A DNA stretch of 64,000 bases from assembly GCA_964457485.1 (NCBI GenBank), contig CAYWFO010000001.1, positions 6,755 through 70,754 on the forward strand. The letters are read 5' to 3'. Made by a program: the position numbers and the translations under genes. The notes below the pieces were generated by a model, which saw nothing but the letters and a program-made list of their open reading frames with translations, searched no databases and was not told where the DNA came from. Below are positions 28,527-37,613 of this stretch, one piece after another (within the stretch, counting starts at the first letter, position 1; every line of letters starts with the position of its first letter). This DNA comes from an uncultured Haloferacaceae archaeon (GTDB taxonomy: Archaea > Halobacteriota > Halobacteria > Halobacteriales > Haloferacaceae).

Positions 28527-28946
28527 CCTAGTGAGATTCATACAACGTACGATATCACCGAGGGCGGATTGCTCGGTGCGCTTCGTGAGATGGCCGACAG
28601 CGCAGGGCTTCGCGTCAGCGTCGACTCCAGCCGTGTTCCGGACGACCCCTGCGTGATCGTGGTGTGTGAGGCCGTTCAACTGGATCGCTGGCGGGCGACC
28701 AGCGCTGGTTCGGTGCCTCTGTCGGCCGCCCCCGACTCGACCGACCGCGTTGTCAGCGCGTTGCGAGCGGCGGACACGACGACCGCCGCAATCGGTTTCG
28801 TCACACAGCGATCGGGCGTGCATCGAGACAGTGAGCCGACCGAGTGGCCGGCGGCCGATTCCTCGTGGAAAATCTACAGAGATGCAGCGAGAGTGCCTCG
28901 GGGTCGTACGGAAATCGGAGATTTCCGTGATGACGAGAATATTTGA
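28527..28946 (+). pseudogene. C-terminal fragment of an AIR-synthase-related (PurM/ThiL/HypE superfamily) protein; the N-terminal roughly two-thirds are missing
   Basis: The open frame after TAA at 28524-28526 reads PSEIHTTYDITEGGLLGALREMADSAGLRVSVDSSRVP...AIGFVTQRSGVHRDSEPTEWP. The D.TEGGL..AL.E motif marks the start of the PurM-like C-terminal domain. No N-terminal domain lies upstream, because dinB ends at 28427. Confidence 0.6.
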
Positions 28947-29069
28947 TTCTCGAACCATTTGATCCCGGGGTACTTCACGAGACGTTCTCGACGCCCGGTG
29001 AGTCGAACGTACCAAAACGAGTTTGTAATCCGTCAACCTATACTGAGTGGAGTCTCACGACAACAACCC

Positions 29070-29555
29070 ATGGATACCTCGCTTATTCGCACGCGTGTTC
29101 GGTCGTACCGAAGCCAGTTCGAAACGATTGATGGGTTTATCGCGACCCAGATGGATCGCTGGAGCGTTCCCGTGTTGCGCGTCGCGATTGCCGTCGTCTT
29201 CATCTGGTTTGGCGCGCTCAAAGTGTTCGGCATTAGCCCGGCCGGCGAGCTGGTCGCCGCGACGGTGTACGTCGTCGACCCCGCGGTGTTCGTTCCGGTG
29301 TTGGGCCTCTGGGAGGTGCTGATTGGGCTCTGTCTGCTGTACCGACCGCTGATTCGCCCCGGGATTTTCCTGCTGTTCTTGCAGCTTCCGGGCACCTTTC
29401 TCCCGGTCATCCTGCTTCCAGGCACCGTCTTCACGACCATCCCGTACGGCCTCACCGTTGAGGGACAGTACATCATAAAGAACCTCGTCATCATCGGGGC
29501 TGCGCTCGTGATTGGTGGGACGGTTCGCGATGATACCGAGAGCTCTGGTCGATAA
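29070..29555 (+). CDS. small membrane protein (DoxX/YkgB-DUF417-like)
   Basis: Start at MDTSLIR (29070). Four hydrophobic helices: RVAIAVVFIWFGALKVFG...LWEVLIGLCLL...IIKNLVIIGAALVI. The family call is tentative. Confidence 0.5.
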   Translation: MDTSLIRTRVRSYRSQFETIDGFIATQMDRWSVPVLRVAIAVVFIWFGALKVFGISPAGELVAATVYVVDPAVFVPVLGLWEVLIGLCLLYRPLIRPGIFLLFLQLPGTFLPVILLPGTVFTTIPYGLTVEGQYIIKNLVIIGAALVIGGTVRDDTESSGR

Positions 29556-29885
29556 TCCTCTGAGAGTGCTGGATCGTCTCTGTGGTGAATGTCTCGGATC
29601 GAGCTCGTACTCGCTATGACCGAGATTGACCGACCGAACGCGACAGTGCGACCGACGGTGTCATAGGACGCCCAACGCGAGATCCATACCGTGGGGTAAC
29701 TCGTCCACAGCAATGGTTTCGACTCTCTATCATGCTATTCCGATGAACACAACTTCTCGCCGGTGACACACCGCTGCTGTTAACGCTTTTCATGACACGG
29801 TTGAAATCAAGTCCCGTACCCAGCGTGTTTGGTCGTCCGCGAGCACGCTCGCCCAAGGCAACTGAGTCGGTTTCGGGCGAGACGC

Positions 29886-30188
29886 TCAATCGACTGACTC
29901 GTTAATCCACGAGCCAAAGCGGTCGAGCACGTCGTCGGTCTCGAACCGCTCGATACATGGCACCTCGTGCGGGTGGAGTGCTTCAATGCGCTCGGTTGCC
30001 CGGTCGGCCGCCTCGGCAGTTGTTTTGATCAACAACACTCGCTCGTCGTCGTGAGCGACCTCGTCGTCCCAGCGGTAGGTCGATTGGCAGTCGATGGCGT
30101 TGACGCAGGCCGCAAGCCGTTCGCTGACGAGCGTGTCGGCGAGATCGTCAGCAGCAGCCGGCGGGGCGGTAACGTAGAGTGTCGGCAT
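29886..30188 (-). CDS. cutA: divalent-cation tolerance protein CutA
   Basis: 100 aa. LAACVNAIDCQSTYRWDDEV...LLIKTT...HPHEVPCIE is the typical CutA1 pattern. Confidence 0.9.
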   Translation of the reverse strand: MPTLYVTAPPAAADDLADTLVSERLAACVNAIDCQSTYRWDDEVAHDDERVLLIKTTAEAADRATERIEALHPHEVPCIERFETDDVLDRFGSWINESVD

Positions 30189-30307
30189 CGACCACCAATT
30201 GGGCTGGCACGACTACAACGTTGGGGGACGGCAGCGTGGCAGTCAGCGCCAACCGCTACGACACTGTCTGACACAGGAACTATGTGGTCGCATGCGGAGT
30301 ATCAGCC

Positions 30308-32140
30308 ATGGGCGAGCAGGAGACCATCACCGTCGCGGACGTCAGTGCCGGCGCAGGCGGAACTAACGACATCGACCCGGAAACGCCAGTCAAACTACCC
30401 GTCGTCGACATTCTGACCGGCCGCGGCTTCATCACCGGCAAGAGTGGCAGCGGCAAATCGAACACCGCCTCGGTCGTCCTCGAAAACCTGCTCGACAACA
30501 ACTTTCCCGTGTTGATCGTTGACAGCGACGGCGAGTACTACGGGCTCAAAGAAGCCTACGAAATCCTGCATGTCGGGGCCGACGAGGAGTGTGACATCCA
30601 GGTCACCGCCGATCACGCCGAAAAAATCGCCTCACTCGCGCTCGAAGAGAACGTCCCGATTATTCTCGATGTTTCGGGCTATCTCGACGACAGCGACGCC
30701 AACGAACTGATTTTGGAGACAGCGCGGCACCTGTTTGCCAAAGAAAAGAAACTCAAAAAACCGTTCTTGCTCGTTGTTGAAGAGTGCCACGAGTACATCC
30801 CCGAAAAAAGCGGGATGGGCGAGGCCGGTAAGATGCTGATCAAGGTCGGCAAACGCGGACGCAAACACGGCCTCGGAATCGTCGGGATCAGCCAGCGGCC
30901 CGCTGATGTAAAAAAAGACTTCATCACCCAGTGCGACTGGCTCGTCTGGCACCGACTGACCTGGCGAAACGACACCAAAGTCGTCGGTCGGATTCTCGGA
31001 AGCGAGTACGCCAAGGCGGTCGAGGAACTGGGCGACGGCGAGGGCTTTCTCGTCGCCGACTGGTCGGAAGCGATTCGCCGCGTCCAGTTTCACCGCAAAC
31101 ACACCTTCGACGCGGGTGCAACGCCCGGACTCGAAGATTTCGAGCGGCCGGAACTCAAATCGGTCAGCGGCGACCTCGTTTCGGAGCTCACCGAGATTTC
31201 CGACGAGAAAGCCCGCCGTGAAAGCGAACTCGCCGATATTCGCGCGGAACTCGACAAAAAGAACGCCGAAATCGAGCAACTCAAACAGGAGTTGAGCGAC
31301 GCCCGCGATTTGAGTCGGATGGCCGATCAGTTCGCCCAAGCGCTGTTGGGCCGCGCCGAAGCGCCGTACCGTGGCGGCGACGGTCGAAATCTCGACCAAC
31401 CGGGTGAGCAGGCCGAGCTGTACGAGTACGAACCCGAGAGCAGCCGGCAAACAGCTGAGTCGTCGCCAGACGGTGACGACAGCGACACAGCGGCACCACG
31501 GACTGAGGGCCAACAACCGATCGAAACCGCGGCGTTCGCCTCGGCGACGCGACCCGCAGATGCGTCGGCTACGGGCGAATCGTCGAGCGGCGACCCCCGA
31601 CCGGCCGCCGCGACACAGCCGACCCGTGACACCGATATCGTCTCGCGCAGCGAAATCGCCGAGTCGGCAATGCGGTTTGCCGAGGCGGTCAAACTGGGTA
31701 CGCGCGAGGCGGTGATCGACGAGCTCAGCTCACGCATTGCCGACCTCTCGCCACGGTCGACAGAGATGCTCGCACACTACCGTGCGGTCGGCGAAACAAC
31801 GCCTGTTGAGGCCCACGTTGCCGCCGGCGGCGACGAAGACCAACAGCTCGCCTACAGCCGTAACCGACCGATTCGGCGCAAGAAGCTGGTTCGACACGTC
31901 GGGCAGGGAACCTACGCCTACGCGGTTCCGGATCTGATCCGCGAAACGTACGCCTACCAGCTCACCGATGAGGCGGTCGATTCGATGGTGCAGTCGGTCG
32001 AGCGTGAGCTGCGCGAGGTTGATGCCGGCAGCGAGGGCAAAGCCGACGCTGCCGGGTTCGTCAATCGCATTAATAAAACCGAAGCCGACCGATCGGAGAC
32101 GGATGCTGACGATCCGGTCGACTTCGGTTCGATATTCTGA
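30308..32140 (+). CDS. HerA/FtsK-superfamily (DUF87-like) P-loop ATPase with coiled-coil, disordered acidic linker and wHTH-like C-terminus
   Basis: Walker A GKSGSGKSNT, Walker B LLVVEECHEY, ISQRPADV. Coiled coil DEKARRESELADIRAELDKKNAEIEQLKQELSDARD. The C-terminal STEMLAHYRAVGETTPVEAH...LVRHVGQGTYAYAV is wHTH-like. Start at MGEQET (30308). Confidence 0.75.
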   Translation: MGEQETITVADVSAGAGGTNDIDPETPVKLPVVDILTGRGFITGKSGSGKSNTASVVLENLLDNNFPVLIVDSDGEYYGLKEAYEILHVGADEECDIQVTADHAEKIASLALEENVPIILDVSGYLDDSDANELILETARHLFAKEKKLKKPFLLVVEECHEYIPEKSGMGEAGKMLIKVGKRGRKHGLGIVGISQRPADVKKDFITQCDWLVWHRLTWRNDTKVVGRILGSEYAKAVEELGDGEGFLVADWSEAIRRVQFHRKHTFDAGATPGLEDFERPELKSVSGDLVSELTEISDEKARRESELADIRAELDKKNAEIEQLKQELSDARDLSRMADQFAQALLGRAEAPYRGGDGRNLDQPGEQAELYEYEPESSRQTAESSPDGDDSDTAAPRTEGQQPIETAAFASATRPADASATGESSSGDPRPAAATQPTRDTDIVSRSEIAESAMRFAEAVKLGTREAVIDELSSRIADLSPRSTEMLAHYRAVGETTPVEAHVAAGGDEDQQLAYSRNRPIRRKKLVRHVGQGTYAYAVPDLIRETYAYQLTDEAVDSMVQSVERELREVDAGSEGKADAAGFVNRINKTEADRSETDADDPVDFGSIF

Positions 32141-32173
32141 GTCGCGAGTCGGCCGGTTTCGGTTCGATATCCC

Positions 32174-32818
32174 CTAGAGATCTGAAACGAGGTCTTCGAG
32201 CGCCGCCCGTGGGTCGTCGGCTTTGGCGACACCGCTGGCGAGAAGAATGCCCTCCGCGCCGAGGTCACCGGCGGCGATAACGTCGTCACCGGTCGAGACG
32301 CCCGCGCCACAGAACACCGCGACATCGTCGTCGACAGCGGCGGCCGCTGACACGGCGTCGGTCACGATATCGGGGTCACCGGTGGCAACCGAGACATCCC
32401 CGCCGATGAGTTCGGGCGGTTCGACGGCGACCGAGTCGGGGCCGAGCGCGGCGGCCGCGGCGGTCTGCCGAGGGTTGTTCGCACAGACACAGGTTTCGAG
32501 GCCCGCGCGTTCGGCTGCGCGAACCGAGGCGTCGATGTCGGCGAGTTTGCGCCGGTTTTCGGAGTGGTTGATCAGCGTGCCGACCGCGCCGGCGTCGGCG
32601 ACGGCTTCGGCGAGCGTGCTGCCGGTGAAGCTGCCGTGGCCGTTGGGCGACACGTGCTGGGCCCACGTTTCGACGCCCGTTTCGGCGACCGCACCGATAT
32701 GGGCGGCCTGTGGCGAAACGGCGATTCGAACGCCCGACTCGTCGGCAACTTCCTTCGCCGCAGTTGCGACGTCGATTGGATCACACGGATACGCCTTGAG
32801 GTTCACCAGAATGAACAT
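32174..32818 (-). CDS. tpiA: triose-phosphate isomerase (archaeal type)
   Basis: [10 protein letters not shown]...[26 protein letters not shown]...[10 protein letters not shown] is the short archaeal TIM. Start at 32818. Confidence 0.9.
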   Translation of the reverse strand: MFILVNLKAYPCDPIDVATAAKEVADESGVRIAVSPQAAHIGAVAETGVETWAQHVSPNGHGSFTGSTLAEAVADAGAVGTLINHSENRRKLADIDASVRAAERAGLETCVCANNPRQTAAAAALGPDSVAVEPPELIGGDVSVATGDPDIVTDAVSAAAAVDDDVAVFCGAGVSTGDDVIAAGDLGAEGILLASGVAKADDPRAALEDLVSDL

Positions 32819-32962
32819 ACCGCACGATTCGTCGCCGACAGTAAATAGGTTCAACATTGTGTCGCGACCGCGACCACGACCGAGACGGTGAAAGCTGGCC
32901 CAACCTATCAGAAATATTCACAAAGCATCAAATACTGTGCGTGTTTCCTTCCACGCAGTTCG

Positions 32963-33697
32963 ATGTCACTGCACGCGTTGATTGCCGAAATCGAAGCCCG
33001 TCGTATGACGCTGACGCTTATTAACGTCGCCGAACGGGTGGTCGACGAGATTCGCGAGCAGTATGCCGACCGGAACCTCGAAATCGCACAGGGTCGTCTC
33101 GATGGCGACCCACGTGAGTTTGCCGTGTTGAGTCGCAACGGCGAGTTCGTGACCGCGCTCAGTCTCGACGAGGTGCATGCGGCACCGGCACGCGAAGAAC
33201 AAGTTCTCGATCACCTCGACGAGACGCTGTTCACATCGTACTCGATCAGACAGATGTTTCTGGCCTCCAGAGAGATCGAGGATCGCGCGTGGCGAATCGG
33301 ATCAGGATCGCTCCATGCTGGATTTCAGACGCTTGCGGTTCTCGACGGACAGACCGAGGCCTACAATCAACTCGGCCAGTACAGCGAGCTCGCAGTGCAC
33401 GCGTACTGCGCGCCCGACGGTGATGACGAAACAATGCCGAATCACGATCACTACACGCTCCACGTCGAACAGGATCCCGAAATCCGCAACAGTTGGTTCG
33501 TGGTGTACGATGGCGGCGGTGTCAACCGGAACAAATGTGCGTTGCTGGCCGAAGAGCGTGGCCAGCGAGAGTTTTACGGCTTTTGGAGTTACGAGCCAGA
33601 CACGGTCGATTATCTACTGGAGTATTTGCGGGCGAACTACGGCAGTCTCTTGGATGACGACGGTGAAAACAGTTCGCCACCCGCTCACGGGCCGTGA
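32963..33697 (+). CDS. conserved hypothetical protein (possibly DICT-type sensory domain)
   Basis: MSLHALIAEIEARRMTLTLINVAERVVDEIREQYADRNLEIAQGRLDG...FAVLSRNGEFVTALSLDEV. It resembles haloarchaeal DICT-domain proteins from memory. Weak assignment. Confidence 0.45.
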   Translation: MSLHALIAEIEARRMTLTLINVAERVVDEIREQYADRNLEIAQGRLDGDPREFAVLSRNGEFVTALSLDEVHAAPAREEQVLDHLDETLFTSYSIRQMFLASREIEDRAWRIGSGSLHAGFQTLAVLDGQTEAYNQLGQYSELAVHAYCAPDGDDETMPNHDHYTLHVEQDPEIRNSWFVVYDGGGVNRNKCALLAEERGQREFYGFWSYEPDTVDYLLEYLRANYGSLLDDDGENSSPPAHGP

Positions 33698-33713
33698 GCC
33701 GAAGCGATCCGAT

Positions 33714-34256
33714 TTAGTCCTTGCGCTTGACCACATCGCCGAGCGTCATCGAGCCGCCTGAGTTGCTTGACCACTCGGCATTTTCGACATCGGTTCCTTC
33801 GGTGAGCGCGATATCGAGTTTTCGCTCGAGCTTTTTGCGGACATCGTCGCTCGGGAGGATGTCTCCGCGTTCGAGTTTGCGGATCAGGCTTGCCTTCTCG
33901 TTGAGGTCGTCTGCGAGTTCCTCCTGAGTAAGCCCCTCTGATTCGCGAGCGTTGCGAATGCGGTCGTCGTAGTCGCCCGCCAGTTCATCCATGTTGTCGA
34001 ACATGTCTTTGCGTCGGCTGGTCGACCCGCCGGACGATCGATTGGACGACCCGCCGCCCGAGTTGCCAGCGCTCCCCGAATCCGCCGTTCCGCTACTCGA
34101 TGTCGTCGAGTATTTGCTCGTACTCGAACTCGACGACTGGGTTTTGACCTCGGTACCGAACTCTTTGCAGTCATCACAGAGTTCCAGTTCTGCCCCCTCG
34201 ACTTTGGTGGTGGTGAGCGACGCCTGCTCGGCACCACACATCTCACATTGGGCCAT
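33714..34256 (-). CDS. multiprotein-bridging factor 1 family protein (zinc ribbon + XRE-type HTH)
   Basis: N-terminal CEMCG...CDDC zinc ribbon, a Ser/Gly-rich linker, then a C-terminal HTH (IRNARESEGLTQEELADDLNEKASLIRKLERG). Confidence 0.85.
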   Translation of the reverse strand: MAQCEMCGAEQASLTTTKVEGAELELCDDCKEFGTEVKTQSSSSSTSKYSTTSSSGTADSGSAGNSGGGSSNRSSGGSTSRRKDMFDNMDELAGDYDDRIRNARESEGLTQEELADDLNEKASLIRKLERGDILPSDDVRKKLERKLDIALTEGTDVENAEWSSNSGGSMTLGDVVKRKD

Positions 34257-34334
34257 ACCACCGCGTACCGTTCGGTCCGGTATAAAGCATGCGCCGCAGA
34301 GCGATCGGTTCGAAACCTCCCAAGCGCTGCTGGC

Positions 34335-34937
34335 TCAGAGATCCGACCACGCGCCCCAAAACCGCTGGAGCGCGGTCAGATGCCCCACGACCGCAAAAAA
34401 GACCAACAGCAGCTCAATGACGCCGAGGCCGAACACGAGCGGTTCGGCGATGACGGCGGCGACAACGGCTGCCAGCCCCATCAACACGAGACGGTCGGCG
34501 CGGCCGACCAGCCCGCCGTAAGCCCGGCCGAGACCGACCGCCTGAATCTGTGTACCGAGATACGAGGTCATGAGCACGCCGGTCACCGCGAGAAAGCCGA
34601 GCGCGAAGCTCTCGACGCCGGCGGCGAGCCCCCCAATGATGACCAGGTCGGCATAGCGATCGATCACGTGATCCAACAGATCCCCCTGTGGCGAGTCGAT
34701 TTCCTGTTTTCGGGCGAGCGCACCATCGATGAGATCGAGCCAGCCGTTGGCAAAAACGAACAGTCCGCCGAGAACGTACCACAGCGGTTCGGCGATGGTG
34801 AACGCGGCGGCCGCCGCCAGCGCAAAGCCAAGCGAAATCACGCTCACGCCGTTCGGTGACAACCCAGCGGCGTCGGCCGCGCTGACAAACGGCGTCAATA
34901 ATCGCTCGGCCACCGGCCGGAGACGGTCGAGTGTCAT
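34335..34937 (-). CDS. CDP-alcohol phosphatidyltransferase (archaetidylinositol-phosphate/serine-synthase-like)
   Basis: D-G-x2-A-R-x8-G-x3-D-x3-D is present as DGALARKQEIDSPQGDLLDHVID. The start ATG overlaps the fap7 stop (ATGA at 34934-34937). Confidence 0.85.
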   Translation of the reverse strand: MTLDRLRPVAERLLTPFVSAADAAGLSPNGVSVISLGFALAAAAAFTIAEPLWYVLGGLFVFANGWLDLIDGALARKQEIDSPQGDLLDHVIDRYADLVIIGGLAAGVESFALGFLAVTGVLMTSYLGTQIQAVGLGRAYGGLVGRADRLVLMGLAAVVAAVIAEPLVFGLGVIELLLVFFAVVGHLTALQRFWGAWSDL

Positions 34938-35488
34938 CCGATAAGATACTCCGTGAAATCCACCTCGCCGGCGCTCGGCTGGCGAGTGCCCTCGAGTACC
35001 GAGTGAATCTCGCTGGCGACCCATTCAACCGACCGATCGGTCGAATCGATTTCGTACACGTTCTCGCGGCCGTGGCGGTCGACGGCCTCCGAGAGAATCA
35101 CGTCTAGCGCCTCGCTTTCGGCGTTTTCGCGCGCCTTGAATTCTGGTTCGCCGCGGTCACAAAGGCGTGATTCGAGTTCGCTCGGTTCACAGCGAAGAAC
35201 GACAACACGGTCGGCATCGAACAGATGCGCGAGGTGCGAGTCGAGCACGCCGTGCCAGTCGCCGAGATAGTCAGCGATGGCGTCGAGGTCGGCGATGAGC
35301 GAGTCGCGGTCGACATCGCGGTCGTCCCACAGGTCGGCCTCGCGGATTTCGGTGGTGAGATGAATGATCGGCGCGCCGACACCCCGCTCGGCAAGTGCCT
35401 TCGTGGCCGTGGTTTTGCCTGTTCCGGGCGTGCCGGTAACCACGACTTTGCGTTCCTCGCTGTGCTGGTTCTTCCCGACTGTGGTCAC
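34934..35488 (-). CDS. adenylate kinase isoenzyme 6 / Fap7-like NTPase
   Basis: KVVVTGTPGTGKTT P-loop in a protein of about 184 aa. The GTG start at 35488 overlaps the hisC stop (GTGA). Confidence 0.8.
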   Translation of the reverse strand: MTTVGKNQHSEERKVVVTGTPGTGKTTATKALAERGVGAPIIHLTTEIREADLWDDRDVDRDSLIADLDAIADYLGDWHGVLDSHLAHLFDADRVVVLRCEPSELESRLCDRGEPEFKARENAESEALDVILSEAVDRHGRENVYEIDSTDRSVEWVASEIHSVLEGTRQPSAGEVDFTEYLIG

Positions 35489-36615
35489 GTCGGCGTCACC
35501 TCGTCGGCGGGATAGGTGGGGATATCGCCCGCCGCACGGAGGTCGGCAAGCAGTTGGTTGATTGTTTCGACCGCCGCTTTCGTCTGCTCGCGCGTGCCAC
35601 ACGAAACACGAATACAACCCGGCAAACCGAAACTCGAACAGTCGCGAATGATTACCCCCGCGCGCTGGCTTTCTTCGGCCACGAGGCGTGCGTTACCGAC
35701 ATCACACAGCACGAAGTTGCCGGCGCTCTCAACCGTTGGTGCATCGAGTTCGGCGTGGAGATACTCGCGGGCCCACCGAGCGCTCTCGACGCTCCGTTCG
35801 ACGTGCGCGTTGTCGTCGAGCGCGGCGAGCGCGGCCCGACAGGCAAGTTCGTTTGCCGCAAACGGCGTATTGACGCGGGCGTAGGCGTCGGCCCACTCGT
35901 CGGGAACAACGGCGTAGCCGATTCGTAGTCCGGCCAACCCGTGGGCTTTCGAGAATGTTCGCAACACGGCCAGATTGTCGTACTCGTCGACGAGTTCGAT
36001 GCTGCTCGGTCCGTCGGCGTACTCGCCGTAGGCCTCGTCGACGACGACGAGCGTGTCGTCGTCGACGCGGTCGAGCAGTTCGGTGATTTCGGCGCGCGAA
36101 CACTCGGTGCCTGTAGGGTTGTGCGGCGAGGTGAGATAGACGATCCGGTCGCCCTCGTAGGCCGCCATCACGCAGTCGGCGGTCTGGGCGAAGTCGTCCG
36201 CCTTCGACAACTCGTACTCGCGAACCCTCGCGTGGTGGTAGCGGGCGCTCATCGCGTAGTAGGCAAATCCCGGTGCCGAGACGAGCACCGACTGTCCCGG
36301 GTCGAGAACCGCCCGCGAAAGCAGATCGATCGCACCATCAGCCCCCGGCGTGAGCCAGAGCTGTTCGGACGTGACTGCCCACTTGTCGGCAAGTTTCTCG
36401 GTGAGATCGGTGTGGGCGGCCTTCGGATAGGTGTGGAGCCCCTCGGCGGCACGCGACCGGACGGCTTCGATTGCGCTCGGGCTTGATCCGTGGGGGTTTT
36501 CGTTCGACGAAAGTTTGATCAGTTCGTCGGGGTTGACGTCGAGGTCGCGGGCGACCTCCTCGATTCCCCGACCCGGAACGTACGGGCTGTGCGTCGAAAG
36601 ATCCCGTGGGTGCAT
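35485..36615 (-). CDS. hisC: histidinol-phosphate aminotransferase
   Basis: Class II aminotransferase: KLSSNENPHG...YLTSPHNPTG...RTFSKAHGLAGLRIGY (PLP-binding lysine). Confidence 0.9.
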   Translation of the reverse strand: MHPRDLSTHSPYVPGRGIEEVARDLDVNPDELIKLSSNENPHGSSPSAIEAVRSRAAEGLHTYPKAAHTDLTEKLADKWAVTSEQLWLTPGADGAIDLLSRAVLDPGQSVLVSAPGFAYYAMSARYHHARVREYELSKADDFAQTADCVMAAYEGDRIVYLTSPHNPTGTECSRAEITELLDRVDDDTLVVVDEAYGEYADGPSSIELVDEYDNLAVLRTFSKAHGLAGLRIGYAVVPDEWADAYARVNTPFAANELACRAALAALDDNAHVERSVESARWAREYLHAELDAPTVESAGNFVLCDVGNARLVAEESQRAGVIIRDCSSFGLPGCIRVSCGTREQTKAAVETINQLLADLRAAGDIPTYPADEVTPT

Positions 36616-36744
36616 ACCTCAAAAGAGCGGACGCCGACTCTTAAATATGCGCACACCGCACCGCTGCCCGCGACAGGGCTGGCGATCCACACGTGGCGAA
36701 CCGGTCGTCGAACGAGGACGCCGGCGACAGCCTGACGCGACGAG

Positions 36745-37485
36745 TCAGTCGGCCGCCCGAATCGATACCTCGTGTTCGAGCGTGCCGATTCCCTCGATTT
36801 CGACTTCGATACGGTCACCATCGGAAAGCGCACCGACGCCGGCGGGCGTGCCCGTCGAAATCACATCGCCCGGCTCCAGTGTGAGATACTGGGTGAGTTC
36901 GGCGATGAGGTCGGGAACCGAAAACAGAAACTGACCAATCGATGAGGACTGCATGGTCTCACCGTTAGCGCGGAGTTCGATTGTCGCGTCGTCCGGGACT
37001 TCATCGGGTGTCGCAAGCACAGGGCCCATCGGAGCGGCGTTGTCGAACGCCTTGCCACGAACCCACTGCACCTCCGTCTCCTGATCATCACGGTTTGAGA
37101 TGTCGTTGAGACAGGTGTAGCCCGCGACGTAGTCCATCGCGTCGGCGGCGTCAACCGCCTTGGCCTGTTTGTCGATGACGACCGCAAACTCGGCTTCCCA
37201 GTCGATTCGGTTCTTTCCGGCCGGGAGGGTGACCGTCGAGCCGTGGGAGGCGACCGCGTTCGGCGGTTTGAGAAAGAACAGTGGCCGATCGGGAACCACC
37301 GAGTCGCGCTCGGCGGCGTGGTCAGCGTAGTTGAGGCCGACACAGACGATTTTTGTCGGTTCGCACGGTGCAAGCACGTCGATATCGTCGAACGCGTAGG
37401 TTCGATCGCCGAACACGACACGGTCGTCGACAACCCGGCCCTCGCGGACCGATCCGGCGGGATCACGAAATCGCAGTCGATGCAT
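36745..37485 (-). CDS. fumarylacetoacetate hydrolase-family protein
   Basis: KIVCVGLNYADHAAE...DWEAEFAVVI...GDVISTGTPAGVG are the FAH fold signatures. Confidence 0.9.
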   Translation of the reverse strand: MHRLRFRDPAGSVREGRVVDDRVVFGDRTYAFDDIDVLAPCEPTKIVCVGLNYADHAAERDSVVPDRPLFFLKPPNAVASHGSTVTLPAGKNRIDWEAEFAVVIDKQAKAVDAADAMDYVAGYTCLNDISNRDDQETEVQWVRGKAFDNAAPMGPVLATPDEVPDDATIELRANGETMQSSSIGQFLFSVPDLIAELTQYLTLEPGDVISTGTPAGVGALSDGDRIEVEIEGIGTLEHEVSIRAAD

Positions 37486-37613
37486 ACGAGTGCTCTCGTC
37501 GGTGGGATGAAAACTGTTGATACTGCGTGGTGGCCCGCTCTGCGAGAGGACTGTCGATGCTCACGCCGACCGTCCGATTTTTTACTGTCGTGGCAGTATT
37601 ATTCGACTGGAGC

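Noticed and set aside
26868-29036. 722-aa minus-strand ORF
   Set aside because: It is antisense to dinB and the AIR-synthase-like remnant. It has an Arg/Gly-rich low-information sequence and no recognisable domain. It is a high-G+C shadow ORF.
29614-29889. 91-aa minus-strand ORF in the long convergent spacer
   Set aside because: It has a Ser/Arg/Val-rich, basic composition atypical for this acidic proteome. It overlaps the cutA stop and has no motif.
29886-32857. HerA-NurA or HerA-associated defence operon
   Set aside because: The neighbouring genes are cutA and tpiA on the opposite strand. No NurA, Mre11/Rad50, SIR2, nuclease or other partner ORF is present within several kb.
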